DNA of 64,000 nucleotides from a virus. The stretch covers positions 1 to 64,000 of IMG/VR virus record IMGVR_UViG_3300027754_005427, one strand, 5' to 3'. The position numbers were made by a program, and so were the translations under genes. This document shows positions 9,588 through 17,969 of the stretch, in pieces (the first letter of the stretch is position 1; every line of letters begins with the position of its first letter). The notes below the pieces were generated by a model, which saw only the letters and a program-made list of their open reading frames with translations, searched no databases and had not been told where the DNA came from.

Positions 9588-11255
9588 TTATATATTTATA
9601 AAGTTTTTATTAATTAAAAATTGTTCAAATGTTTTTGTAGGTTCAACTAATTCTGTTGGGTTTGATTCTGCTAAATATTTAGCATACATTTTATCGTGAT
9701 ATTTTTTTCTATCATCTGGTACATCTGGATTTGCAAACAAATCGTCAAATTCATCATCGTGTCTTATAAAATTCAAAATTATATCTTCAAAGTTATTTTC
9801 ATTTTTCCAATATGGAATTACAAGTAATGGAAAACTTTTATTTAAACAATAATTATATTTTTTACGATCATTTTTTTGAATATATAAAAATTGTTTAAGA
9901 GCATCTTTTGCTATTTCTTGTTTTGTTTTACCTTCTCTTGATCCAAAGTATACTGGATAATAATGTTGTTCTCCATGATACTCCACGAAATATTCTTGAT
10001 CATCGTACTCGAATGAATAATCAAATCTAAAACATTGTCCAGTTGTGATATTGCATTCTTTATCTATATATTCAGAATCTACATCATCAAAATATTTATT
10101 TAATATTTTTCCTACTAATTTAGCAGGTTTTGAAATGCCTTTTTTATCAACAGGTAAATACCAACCTTTTGGCAATCCTGCTTCTTCACCAACTTTTTTA
10201 TCTGTTTTGTACCATTTACTACTAGTGTAATTTGTTTTATTTTTAAGGTCTTGATATGCTTTTCTTTTCTGATATAGAAAGTCACTGAGTGGATTGTTTG
10301 GTAGCGGATCTTCTTTGTCAGGATTTTTTTTATCATTAAAATGAATACCTAAATTTTTTAAGTTCTGATCATTTTTTATTTGGTTATTCAGAGAAGCTTT
10401 TGCAATTGCACAATCAGGACAATTACTACCGTTTGTTCTATTGTAAAGCGGTGCTTTCCATGTGTGTGTTTTATTTTCAAGGCATTTCCAACTTATCATT
10501 TTGTTACTTTTTGGCATTACATCACTAGGAGTAAGCTGCTCTCCGTCATCTTTTTTATTTTTAAATCCAAATTCATCTTTCCCATAATCCCATTCAGATA
10601 CCAATCTTTTATATCTAGCTTTATCAGGATTTGATTCATTTTCAGATAAGCCCTGTAAACTATTGTCTTTATTAATTCTTTTGTTTGTAATTGAACAATC
10701 AGGACAATTTTTACCATTTTTTCTATTGTCAATTCTTGCTTCCCATATGTGTCCTTCTTTACATTTCCAATTTATCATTTTGCTAGACGAGGTGGTTACA
10801 TCAGCAGGAGTAAGCTGTTCTCCGTCATCTTTTTTATTTTTAAATCCAAATTCATCTTTCTCATAATCCCATTCAGATACCAATCTTTTGTATCTAGCTT
10901 TTAAAACAGGATTTGATTCAGTTTCAGATAAAGCCTGTAAACTATTATCATCGCCAATTCTTTTGTTTGCACAAGTAGGACAATTTCTACCATTTGTTCT
11001 ATTGTTAAGCGGTGCTGGCCATGTGTGTTCTTTTTCACATTTCCAATTTATAATTTTCCTACTTCCTGGCGTTACATCACTAGGAGTTAATGTATTATTT
11101 TTTTTATCCCATTCAGATACCAGTCTTTTATATCTAGCTTTTAAATCAGATTCTGGTAAATTTTCAGATAAAGCCTGTAAACTATTTGTTTCAAGATATT
11201 TAGGTGAAAAGGACTTTGCCATTTCAGAGATTACTAGCCAGCTTTTAAAGTTCAT
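9588..11255 (-). CDS. leader-bearing protein: 3 Zn-ribbon (DUF4379-like) repeats, HA-like module, C-terminal Vsr/PD-(D/E)xK-like endonuclease
   Basis: 3x EWD..N..LTPxDV..S.K.I.WKC..H.W.A....R.NG.NCPxC; RFDY..VEYHGEQHY..KYNYC..PLLVIPYW. Confidence 0.75.
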   Translation of the reverse strand: MNFKSWLVISEMAKSFSPKYLETNSLQALSENLPESDLKARYKRLVSEWDKKNNTLTPSDVTPGSRKIINWKCEKEHTWPAPLNNRTNGRNCPTCANKRIGDDNSLQALSETESNPVLKARYKRLVSEWDYEKDEFGFKNKKDDGEQLTPADVTTSSSKMINWKCKEGHIWEARIDNRKNGKNCPDCSITNKRINKDNSLQGLSENESNPDKARYKRLVSEWDYGKDEFGFKNKKDDGEQLTPSDVMPKSNKMISWKCLENKTHTWKAPLYNRTNGSNCPDCAIAKASLNNQIKNDQNLKNLGIHFNDKKNPDKEDPLPNNPLSDFLYQKRKAYQDLKNKTNYTSSKWYKTDKKVGEEAGLPKGWYLPVDKKGISKPAKLVGKILNKYFDDVDSEYIDKECNITTGQCFRFDYSFEYDDQEYFVEYHGEQHYYPVYFGSREGKTKQEIAKDALKQFLYIQKNDRKKYNYCLNKSFPLLVIPYWKNENNFEDIILNFIRHDDEFDDLFANPDVPDDRKKYHDKMYAKYLAESNPTELVEPTKTFEQFLINKNFINI

Positions 11256-11259
11256 AGTT

Positions 11260-11267
11260 TATTTATA
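11260..11267 (-). promoter_or_regulatory. T4 late-promoter-like TATAAATA, 4 nt upstream of ATG (representative of ~20 sites)
   Basis: Exact TATAAATA-N4-ATG also at 17886-17893(-), 22689-22696(-), 23392-23399(-), 23421-23428(+), 46248-46255(+). Confidence 0.65.
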
Positions 11268-11270
11268 GTT

Positions 11271-12521
11271 TTAAAGAATTTTATTAATTAAAAATTGTTC
11301 AAATGTTTTTGTAGGGTAAACTAATTCTGTTGGGTTTAATTCTGCTGGTTTTGATTTTGCTAAAAAATTTTCATATATTTTATCATGTTTAACTTTATAA
11401 TCTGATGGTACATTTGGAATTGCAAAAGTTTCGTTAAATTCATTTGTTTCCAAGAATTGTTTAATTCTACTTTTAATAATATCTGGGGTTTCATATAACC
11501 AATATGGAATTACTAAAAATGGAAGATTTTCTTTTACACAATGATCGTATTTTATTTTATCATTTCCTTGGATATATTCAAATTTATCAAGAGCATGTTT
11601 TGCTATTTCTTGGTCTGTCTTTTCTTCTGTTGAGCCAAAGTATACTGGATAATAATGTTGTCCACCATGAAATTCTAAATATTTTTTTCCATTATGTGTA
11701 ATCGAAAAATCAAATGGCAAACATATCTTGTTTTTACAAGCGTCATCTCTATGTTCTGTGTCATTTTCAATTTCAAGTTCTTTTAATATATTTGCTACTA
11801 ATTTTTCTCCAAGGGATTTTTCACCTGCTGGTTTTATTTCACGCCAATTACCTGGAAGTTCGTAAGGAAAATCTTCTTTATTCCAATTTTTAGATAATGC
11901 AACCATATCTGCCCAAGTTATATCATCTGATTCTTCATGTGGGTTTGGATTTCTTTTCTTATTAATTAGCCATAAGGCAAGACTTTTATCTTTTTTATCA
12001 GAGGTATGTTTCGAAGGACTTGCTCCATTTTTCCCATAATAGATTGCAAGTTCTTCTAATCTATCATTACTTTTTTGTTCATTTTTACTTTTTATTATTT
12101 CTATTTGAGAATCCATCCAATTGTTTGGCAGTCCATTTTTTTCAGCTACTTCTATGTCTGAAGGATACCAAGCAGAGTCTGAATTTTTTGTACCATCAGC
12201 CTTCTTGTAGCCTTTGTATGCTTTTCTTTTGTTATGTAAAAAATTCTTAAATTCAATAGGTAATTTAGCAAATCCTTTAGCTTTAATGTATTCGATTGCA
12301 AGTGCTTTTACTTTTTGGTTACTTGCAAGTTCAAGCTTATAAATTTTAGTATTAGTCAAATTTGGATTAGATAAATTTGCATTTAATGGAGGAATAGTTG
12401 TAGTCAACTTTGGATTAGATACACTTGTATTCAATGGAGGAATAGTAGAAGTCAAATTAGGATTAGATAGATTTATATCTTTTTCTTCTTCTTCAGATAA
12501 TAGCCAGCTTTTAAAGTTCAT
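11271..12521 (-). CDS. leader-bearing protein: HA-like modules plus Vsr/PD-(D/E)xK-like endonuclease
   Basis: Start moved to ATG 12521 (MNFKSWLLSEEE); LPFDF..LEFHGGQHYYPVYFG paralogous to 9588 gene. Confidence 0.75.
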   Translation of the reverse strand: MNFKSWLLSEEEEKDINLSNPNLTSTIPPLNTSVSNPKLTTTIPPLNANLSNPNLTNTKIYKLELASNQKVKALAIEYIKAKGFAKLPIEFKNFLHNKRKAYKGYKKADGTKNSDSAWYPSDIEVAEKNGLPNNWMDSQIEIIKSKNEQKSNDRLEELAIYYGKNGASPSKHTSDKKDKSLALWLINKKRNPNPHEESDDITWADMVALSKNWNKEDFPYELPGNWREIKPAGEKSLGEKLVANILKELEIENDTEHRDDACKNKICLPFDFSITHNGKKYLEFHGGQHYYPVYFGSTEEKTDQEIAKHALDKFEYIQGNDKIKYDHCVKENLPFLVIPYWLYETPDIIKSRIKQFLETNEFNETFAIPNVPSDYKVKHDKIYENFLAKSKPAELNPTELVYPTKTFEQFLINKIL

Positions 12522-12568
12522 AGAGGTATTTATCTTTATAAATTTAAATTTAAACACATAAATATATT

Positions 12569-13231
12569 ATGTTAAAATTTAGAAATTGGCTCATGAGATT
12601 TGAATCTACAGAGATTGATTTAAACAATCCTCAACCATTACCAGTTATGTCTCTGAAATCATTATCTGATATTAAAGGAACAAAAGAGGAACGATTTTTA
12701 AAAGTAGCGAAAAGTGTTTCAGAAAAGTATAATCTTGCAAAACCAACAAGTTATTTAGACGGTGGATTTTATGCTAAAGTATATAATACAGAAGATCGTA
12801 ATTTAGTAATAAGGGTGGCGAGGAATGAAGAGTCTGAATGCGAAAAGAAGATAAATGAAAAAGAAATACAAGAAACAGGAGGTGTGGTTAAGGTATACCA
12901 TCAATATGAAGAAGATTACTATGACGAAGATTACGGTGAAGAAAATTACATTATAAGCTACAAAGAAAAAGTTGATACTAACTGGCTAGGGTATTTAAAA
13001 AAACAATATAATGAAATTTCAGAAGAATATAAAGTTTTAATAGATGTTATACAATGGAAATTATCATCTCAATCAGAATTTTACGCAAAACAAGGTCTTG
13101 AAATATTAAAAAAATACAAAGAAACTGATAATCTTGTGAATGCAGTAGAAGCTGGTATAAGTAGTGATGATTTGCATAAAGATAATATAGGCGTAAACAA
13201 GAGTGGCAATATAGTTGTTATTGATTGTTAA
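12569..13231 (+). CDS. leader-bearing protein-kinase-like (PKL fold) protein
   Basis: MLKFRNWLMRFE; LDGGFYAKVY Gly-loop, VIRV, DLHKDNIG catalytic loop, VVID. Confidence 0.65.
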   Translation: MLKFRNWLMRFESTEIDLNNPQPLPVMSLKSLSDIKGTKEERFLKVAKSVSEKYNLAKPTSYLDGGFYAKVYNTEDRNLVIRVARNEESECEKKINEKEIQETGGVVKVYHQYEEDYYDEDYGEENYIISYKEKVDTNWLGYLKKQYNEISEEYKVLIDVIQWKLSSQSEFYAKQGLEILKKYKETDNLVNAVEAGISSDDLHKDNIGVNKSGNIVVIDC

Positions 13232-14231
13232 TCAAGCATAAGAATTCTTCATGTTTGTAACCTAAAAATTCTTCAACATATTTTATGTTAACTTTAATTG
13301 AACTGTCTAATTTATCTTGAACTAATTTAATTAATTCAATTTCTCTATCATTTAAAGGATTAGCTATTATATGTAATTCTAATTGATCTATTGATACTTG
13401 TATTGCCTTATATCTTTTAATACCAAACTTATCGAATTCTAAACTTCCAATCAAAGGCCATTTTTTATCACCGTTTGGCATTATAAACATATTCCTTGTT
13501 CTACCTTGTATTGTTTTTATAGTTTGCAATGATCTACCACAATGACAAGTGCCTAATTCAATATGATCTCCATGTTTATATCTTCTTATATATTTGTTTG
13601 AAAGAGTTGATATTATTAATCCTCCATCAGTATCAACTTCAACGATATGGTTTTCCATTACATGATATACATTTTTATTATCTGGGCATGTAATTGCTAT
13701 TGTTCCACATTCTTCACTTGAATAATTTGTACCACCTTTTTCTCCAGTTCCTTTGCTATCTATAAAATTACTAATTTTAGATAAATCTAATTGCTTTAAT
13801 ATAGAAGGCAAACAACTAATGTAATGTGGGTTCTTTTCTTCTAACCACTTCTGTATTACTGAAATTGGTTGATAATTCATGCAATATACATTACCTTGAT
13901 TTTTTGCTTGAAGCCCCCAAGAATTCATATCGCAAATATTAATATTAGGTTTAATTGTTGCCATGTTTTTAGAGACATCCCATTTTCTCCAGATGATCTC
14001 TCTTAAATTACTAGCAGCAAACCACACAGAATCATAATATGACTTTTCAACTGAAACTGGTTCACCTGTTGATCCAGAACTTTTACAAGTGGAATATCCT
14101 TTTTCCATTTTTAAATCTTGTAAATCTGATCTTGTCATAATTTTAAAATCTTTAATGAAATTAAAATCTGGTTTGAAACTCCATTGTGACTTTTCCAAAT
14201 TATTTATTAATTTTAAAACATCTGCGTTCAT
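13218..14231 (-). CDS. phenylacetate-CoA ligase/CapK-like adenylate-forming enzyme
   Basis: SSGSTGEP, YSSEECG, RYKHGD..CHCGR..IQGR; ATGA overlap with upstream gene at 14228-14231. Confidence 0.75.
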   Translation of the reverse strand: MNADVLKLINNLEKSQWSFKPDFNFIKDFKIMTRSDLQDLKMEKGYSTCKSSGSTGEPVSVEKSYYDSVWFAASNLREIIWRKWDVSKNMATIKPNINICDMNSWGLQAKNQGNVYCMNYQPISVIQKWLEEKNPHYISCLPSILKQLDLSKISNFIDSKGTGEKGGTNYSSEECGTIAITCPDNKNVYHVMENHIVEVDTDGGLIISTLSNKYIRRYKHGDHIELGTCHCGRSLQTIKTIQGRTRNMFIMPNGDKKWPLIGSLEFDKFGIKRYKAIQVSIDQLELHIIANPLNDREIELIKLVQDKLDSSIKVNIKYVEEFLGYKHEEFLCLINNQ

Positions 14232-14683
14232 GAAATAAAATTCCAAATGTAAAAAGAATATTTATCGAATTTTATTGTTTGTTTAGGTTTTATATTAAAA
14301 TCATTTTCGGTTGGGAAGAAATTAGCTATCTTCATTTCTGGTAACTTCTCATTAAATGATCTTGCTACGAATATTTTACTATGATTAGCACACATTAATA
14401 ATAAATTATCAGTTGCTTCTTTGGTAAAATTTAAAACTCCATCTCCTATAATATTCGTGTAAGATTTTCTATTTGTTGTCCATTCTTGTACTATAACATT
14501 TGAACCTTGATACCAAGGATCTATATCCATTTGACAATCACTTAAAGTTATTAACTTATGTGTACAGCCTAAAAGCAATACACTTCCTTTTAATAAGTTA
14601 TCGCTGTAAATTTTTACATCTTCTTCATTAGGTGACAAAGGATGAATTAATTCATTCATCCAATAATTTTTATTAATTTCCAT
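14228..14683 (-). CDS. truncated class I methyltransferase-like protein
   Basis: VLLLGCT and NIIGDG motifs; coupled to ligase gene. Confidence 0.45.
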   Translation of the reverse strand: MEINKNYWMNELIHPLSPNEEDVKIYSDNLLKGSVLLLGCTHKLITLSDCQMDIDPWYQGSNVIVQEWTTNRKSYTNIIGDGVLNFTKEATDNLLLMCANHSKIFVARSFNEKLPEMKIANFFPTENDFNIKPKQTIKFDKYSFYIWNFIS

Positions 14684-14708
14684 GTGCTTTATATAAGTGT
14701 GAAAATAA

Positions 14709-14744
14709 AAAAACTCTTCTTCAAATTAATGAAAAAGAGTTTTT
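14709..14744 (-). terminator. intrinsic terminator after Gly-rich gene
   Basis: AAAAACTCTT-CTTCA..TGAAA-AAGAGTTTTT stem with T-run on minus strand. Confidence 0.6.
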
Positions 14745-14765
14745 GGTTATTTAAAATTAAAAAAT

Positions 14766-15797
14766 TTAAGAAACGGTAACTGTTCTCCATGTGCCACCGA
14801 CAAATACTTCCATGTTTCCTGATGCTGTGTTATAACAAAAGAAACCATTGGTTCCACCACCAGAAGCATTATTTCTTGCAGTAGCATCAGCATATACTGG
14901 CATTCTTGTCATAGAGGAAAAATAAATTTGACCTTCTCTACCAGCACCACTATTAGTGCCTGCTGTAATGTAAACATCACCACCCCTATCTGTTCCAGCA
15001 CTATTGCCAGCAACCAAGTTAACATCACCACCACGACCATTTACTGAGCCAAGACCTGCTTGAAGATTAATATCTCCACCAATTACAGTTTTACTGGAAT
15101 AGGAATTACCAGCATATATTTGTACATTTCCAGCAACAGTACCATCATTAGAAACACTACCAGCAACTATTTCTACATATCCAGCAGCTTGCGAGAAATC
15201 GCCATCATAATCGCCAGCATTAAGTGAAATACTGCCACCATTACCACCATCTCCTCTTCCTTCACCAGCATATACAGTAAAGTCACCGCCATTACCACCG
15301 CCACTAGCTCCACGACCAGCTGCCATGTAGATTTGACCGCCATTACCAAAAATTCCGCTGTCAAAACTTCCTGGCCCACCATAAATATAAACATCACCAC
15401 CATCAACCTCATCATCAGCACCATAACCACCTTCAATGGTTACCTCTCCGCTATAAGATGAAGTTGGGCCACCTTCACCACCAGCGATATAAACATCACC
15501 ACCTTCACCATTTCCATTACCAACGCCACCAATAATTTCAATATTACCACCATCGTTGTCGCCAGTTGAATTACCAGTTCCACCATATAAATTCAAGTTT
15601 TGTGCATTATCACTTGGGCCTCCATCACTTGGCCCTGATATAATAGTTAAAGCATTGGTATCGCTACCAACAATGCTTAATATGCCAGTAAAACCTGAAG
15701 AAACAAGATTTTCTGATTTTACAACATCATTTAAAATTCTTGGATAAATATTTGTTACTGAACCTTGACCTACGCCCTCGTTTGAAGTTGCTCCCAT
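14766..15797 (-). CDS. Gly-rich beta-solenoid repeat protein, probable virion fibre
   Basis: Many GGxVxIxAGxG repeats; C-term ATARN..YNT..MEVFVGGTW fibre-like tip; AAGGAG SD. Confidence 0.6.
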   Translation of the reverse strand: MGATSNEGVGQGSVTNIYPRILNDVVKSENLVSSGFTGILSIVGSDTNALTIISGPSDGGPSDNAQNLNLYGGTGNSTGDNDGGNIEIIGGVGNGNGEGGDVYIAGGEGGPTSSYSGEVTIEGGYGADDEVDGGDVYIYGGPGSFDSGIFGNGGQIYMAAGRGASGGGNGGDFTVYAGEGRGDGGNGGSISLNAGDYDGDFSQAAGYVEIVAGSVSNDGTVAGNVQIYAGNSYSSKTVIGGDINLQAGLGSVNGRGGDVNLVAGNSAGTDRGGDVYITAGTNSGAGREGQIYFSSMTRMPVYADATARNNASGGGTNGFFCYNTASGNMEVFVGGTWRTVTVS

Positions 15798-15946
15798 AGT
15801 ATTCTCCTTAGTAGTTAAAAATAATCTTACTTTATATATTGTTTTTTTTAAAAAAATTTTTATAAAAATACATCAATTAATGTGAAGGATTTATGAAGTA
15901 TTGGCAACTTTGATAATTAAATAATTTATTCATATAGATAGGTAAT

Positions 15947-16261
15947 ATGACAACAACAAAAAACATTGCTTTTTGGTTTTTATTCACAATGATATTATCA
16001 ATAAGTGCGGTAGATTTATATCTTATAATAAGATTTCAAAATGTATTGATATATGAAGAAAAGAATTTATTAGGTGTTTGGCTAATAAAGTTAGACTCTG
16101 GATCGGTTGCTTTATTTTCAGCGTTAAAGATGTTTGGAACATGTTTAAGCTTGATGATTTGGAAAAAGATATTGATAAGCAATCACAAGTATGGATTTAC
16201 CATTGGGATTGTAATTTTATTATTTCAAATATTTTTATTTTGTTGGCTATTGTTTTTTTAA
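15947..16261 (+). CDS. small membrane protein (DUF5658-like)
   Basis: 3 hydrophobic segments, D-L-Y-L..EEKN motif. Confidence 0.5.
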   Translation: MTTTKNIAFWFLFTMILSISAVDLYLIIRFQNVLIYEEKNLLGVWLIKLDSGSVALFSALKMFGTCLSLMIWKKILISNHKYGFTIGIVILLFQIFLFCWLLFF

Positions 16262-17229
16262 TTAAAAATCAAATTATTCAAAAAATTATCAGTAGCGATA
16301 CTCCAACTATATTGTTCAGCATGTTCTCTACATGCTTGAACATCTAAATTAGAAAATGCATTTAATATAGCTATATCTAATATTTCATTACAGAATACTG
16401 TTTTTTCATCTTGTAGATCTAAAGCACCATTAATTGGATAAGCAGCAACAGGCAGACCACAAGATAAGGCTTCAAGCATAACTAGTCCGTAGGTATCTGT
16501 TTTAGAAGGGAATACAAAGACATCGGCATTGTGATATGCCTTGATTAGTTCATCTCCAGTTTTTTTGCCTAAGAAATAAACATCTTTATATTTTTGTTTA
16601 TAGTAAGGAAGAAGAGGCCCATCACCTACCACAATTTTTTGTATAGCTAGAGTAGATTGGCAAAATGCATCTAAGTTTTTTTCTTTTGATATTCTGCCGA
16701 CATAGAGTGCAGTATTATTATTTGCAAGATCACTTTTACATTTAAATAAATCAAGGCTTACGCCTTTTGGAGATACTTTCATATTATTATGATTTAGCCA
16801 AGATAGTTTATTGATAAGGTCGTTAGTGCAGCAAAGTACTTTAGATGATCGACTATGGAACCATTTAAAGTAAGCTCTTGTGATGAATAGTGGAATGCTG
16901 GTATAAGATTTTATATATTCTGGAAACATAGTAAGATAAGATGTGGTAAATTTAATATCATTTTGCAAGCAGAAGTTTCTTGTTAAAAGTCCTAGCGTAC
17001 CTTCTGTAAAAATATGCACAGCGAAGTTACCAGTGAATAGATCTTTGTCAAATTCGACATCATAAGCAAGTTTAACATCATTAGAGAAAGGGCAGTTGAA
17101 AGACTTGAAATCATGACTTGACAAAAGATGACATGATTCTTTTATATTAGATTGGTAGTTATACATGGTAGTAGCAACACCATTTACATCAGGATAAGAT
17201 GTATCAGATATTAGTATAATTTTCTTCAT
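16258..17229 (-). CDS. GT4 glycosyltransferase, Agt-like diacylglycerol glycosyltransferase
   Basis: SDTSYPDVNGV, HIFTEGTLG, FTTSYLTMFPEY, YVGRISKEKN, VVGDGP, ADVFVFPSKTDTYGLVMLEA; start at ATG 17229. Confidence 0.85.
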   Translation of the reverse strand: MKKIILISDTSYPDVNGVATTMYNYQSNIKESCHLLSSHDFKSFNCPFSNDVKLAYDVEFDKDLFTGNFAVHIFTEGTLGLLTRNFCLQNDIKFTTSYLTMFPEYIKSYTSIPLFITRAYFKWFHSRSSKVLCCTNDLINKLSWLNHNNMKVSPKGVSLDLFKCKSDLANNNTALYVGRISKEKNLDAFCQSTLAIQKIVVGDGPLLPYYKQKYKDVYFLGKKTGDELIKAYHNADVFVFPSKTDTYGLVMLEALSCGLPVAAYPINGALDLQDEKTVFCNEILDIAILNAFSNLDVQACREHAEQYSWSIATDNFLNNLIFN

Positions 17230-17881
17230 ATTTCTCCAAGGTAATAGTGCCATCGTTCACTAATAAGAAGGTAGAATCTTTTTCAGTCCAGCATCCAGAG
17301 TTAAAATAGATTCCATCATTTGCTTCTGGACAATGTGTATGCCCAACGCAAATCAAGTCACATTTCATTTTATCTTTATATTTAATTGCTTTTTTTTTAA
17401 CTTTTTCAATACATTTCAAAAAGGTTTTGCTGCTCATTTTAGCTAATTTAGCCCAATAGAAATCGTTGTCGAGTTTTTGTAGAAAGTTATATAGATAATC
17501 AGCTACTCTTACAGTTAAAGGGTAGTCTGCTATAAAGTCATCAAATTTATCGCCATGAGTGCAGATAATTTTCTTATCACCTGAAACAAAGATATATTCT
17601 TCATGTACATTAGATCCTAGTAAATGAGATACTATTTCACTAGGGCCATCATGATTTCCATGAATCCAGATAACATCAATTAGAGTAGACAGATGTCTTA
17701 ATTTTGCTAATATTTTGAAGTGGCTACTTTTAAGTCTTCTGAAGTCCCAAGAGTCAAAAACATCACCATTTAGTATGAGTCTTTTGGTAAGTGGTAAATT
17801 ATCGAGAAAGTGGTTTAGATCTTTAGCTTGGCAATTATCGCTGCCTAGATGAATATCTGATATAATGATGGCATCTTTCAT
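17204..17881 (-). CDS. metallophosphoesterase, PlcP/LpxH2-like phospholipase C
   Basis: ISDIHLG, NGDVFDSW, GNHD, HGDKFD, GHTH, NSGCWTE. Confidence 0.8.
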   Translation of the reverse strand: MKDAIIISDIHLGSDNCQAKDLNHFLDNLPLTKRLILNGDVFDSWDFRRLKSSHFKILAKLRHLSTLIDVIWIHGNHDGPSEIVSHLLGSNVHEEYIFVSGDKKIICTHGDKFDDFIADYPLTVRVADYLYNFLQKLDNDFYWAKLAKMSSKTFLKCIEKVKKKAIKYKDKMKCDLICVGHTHCPEANDGIYFNSGCWTEKDSTFLLVNDGTITLEKYEENYTNI

Positions 17882-17969
17882 GTGATATTTATAGCACATT
17901 AATTAGAATATGTTATATTGTTGTGCATTATTCAAAATATCTTCACAATTGGGTCAGATATTTTCTAAA

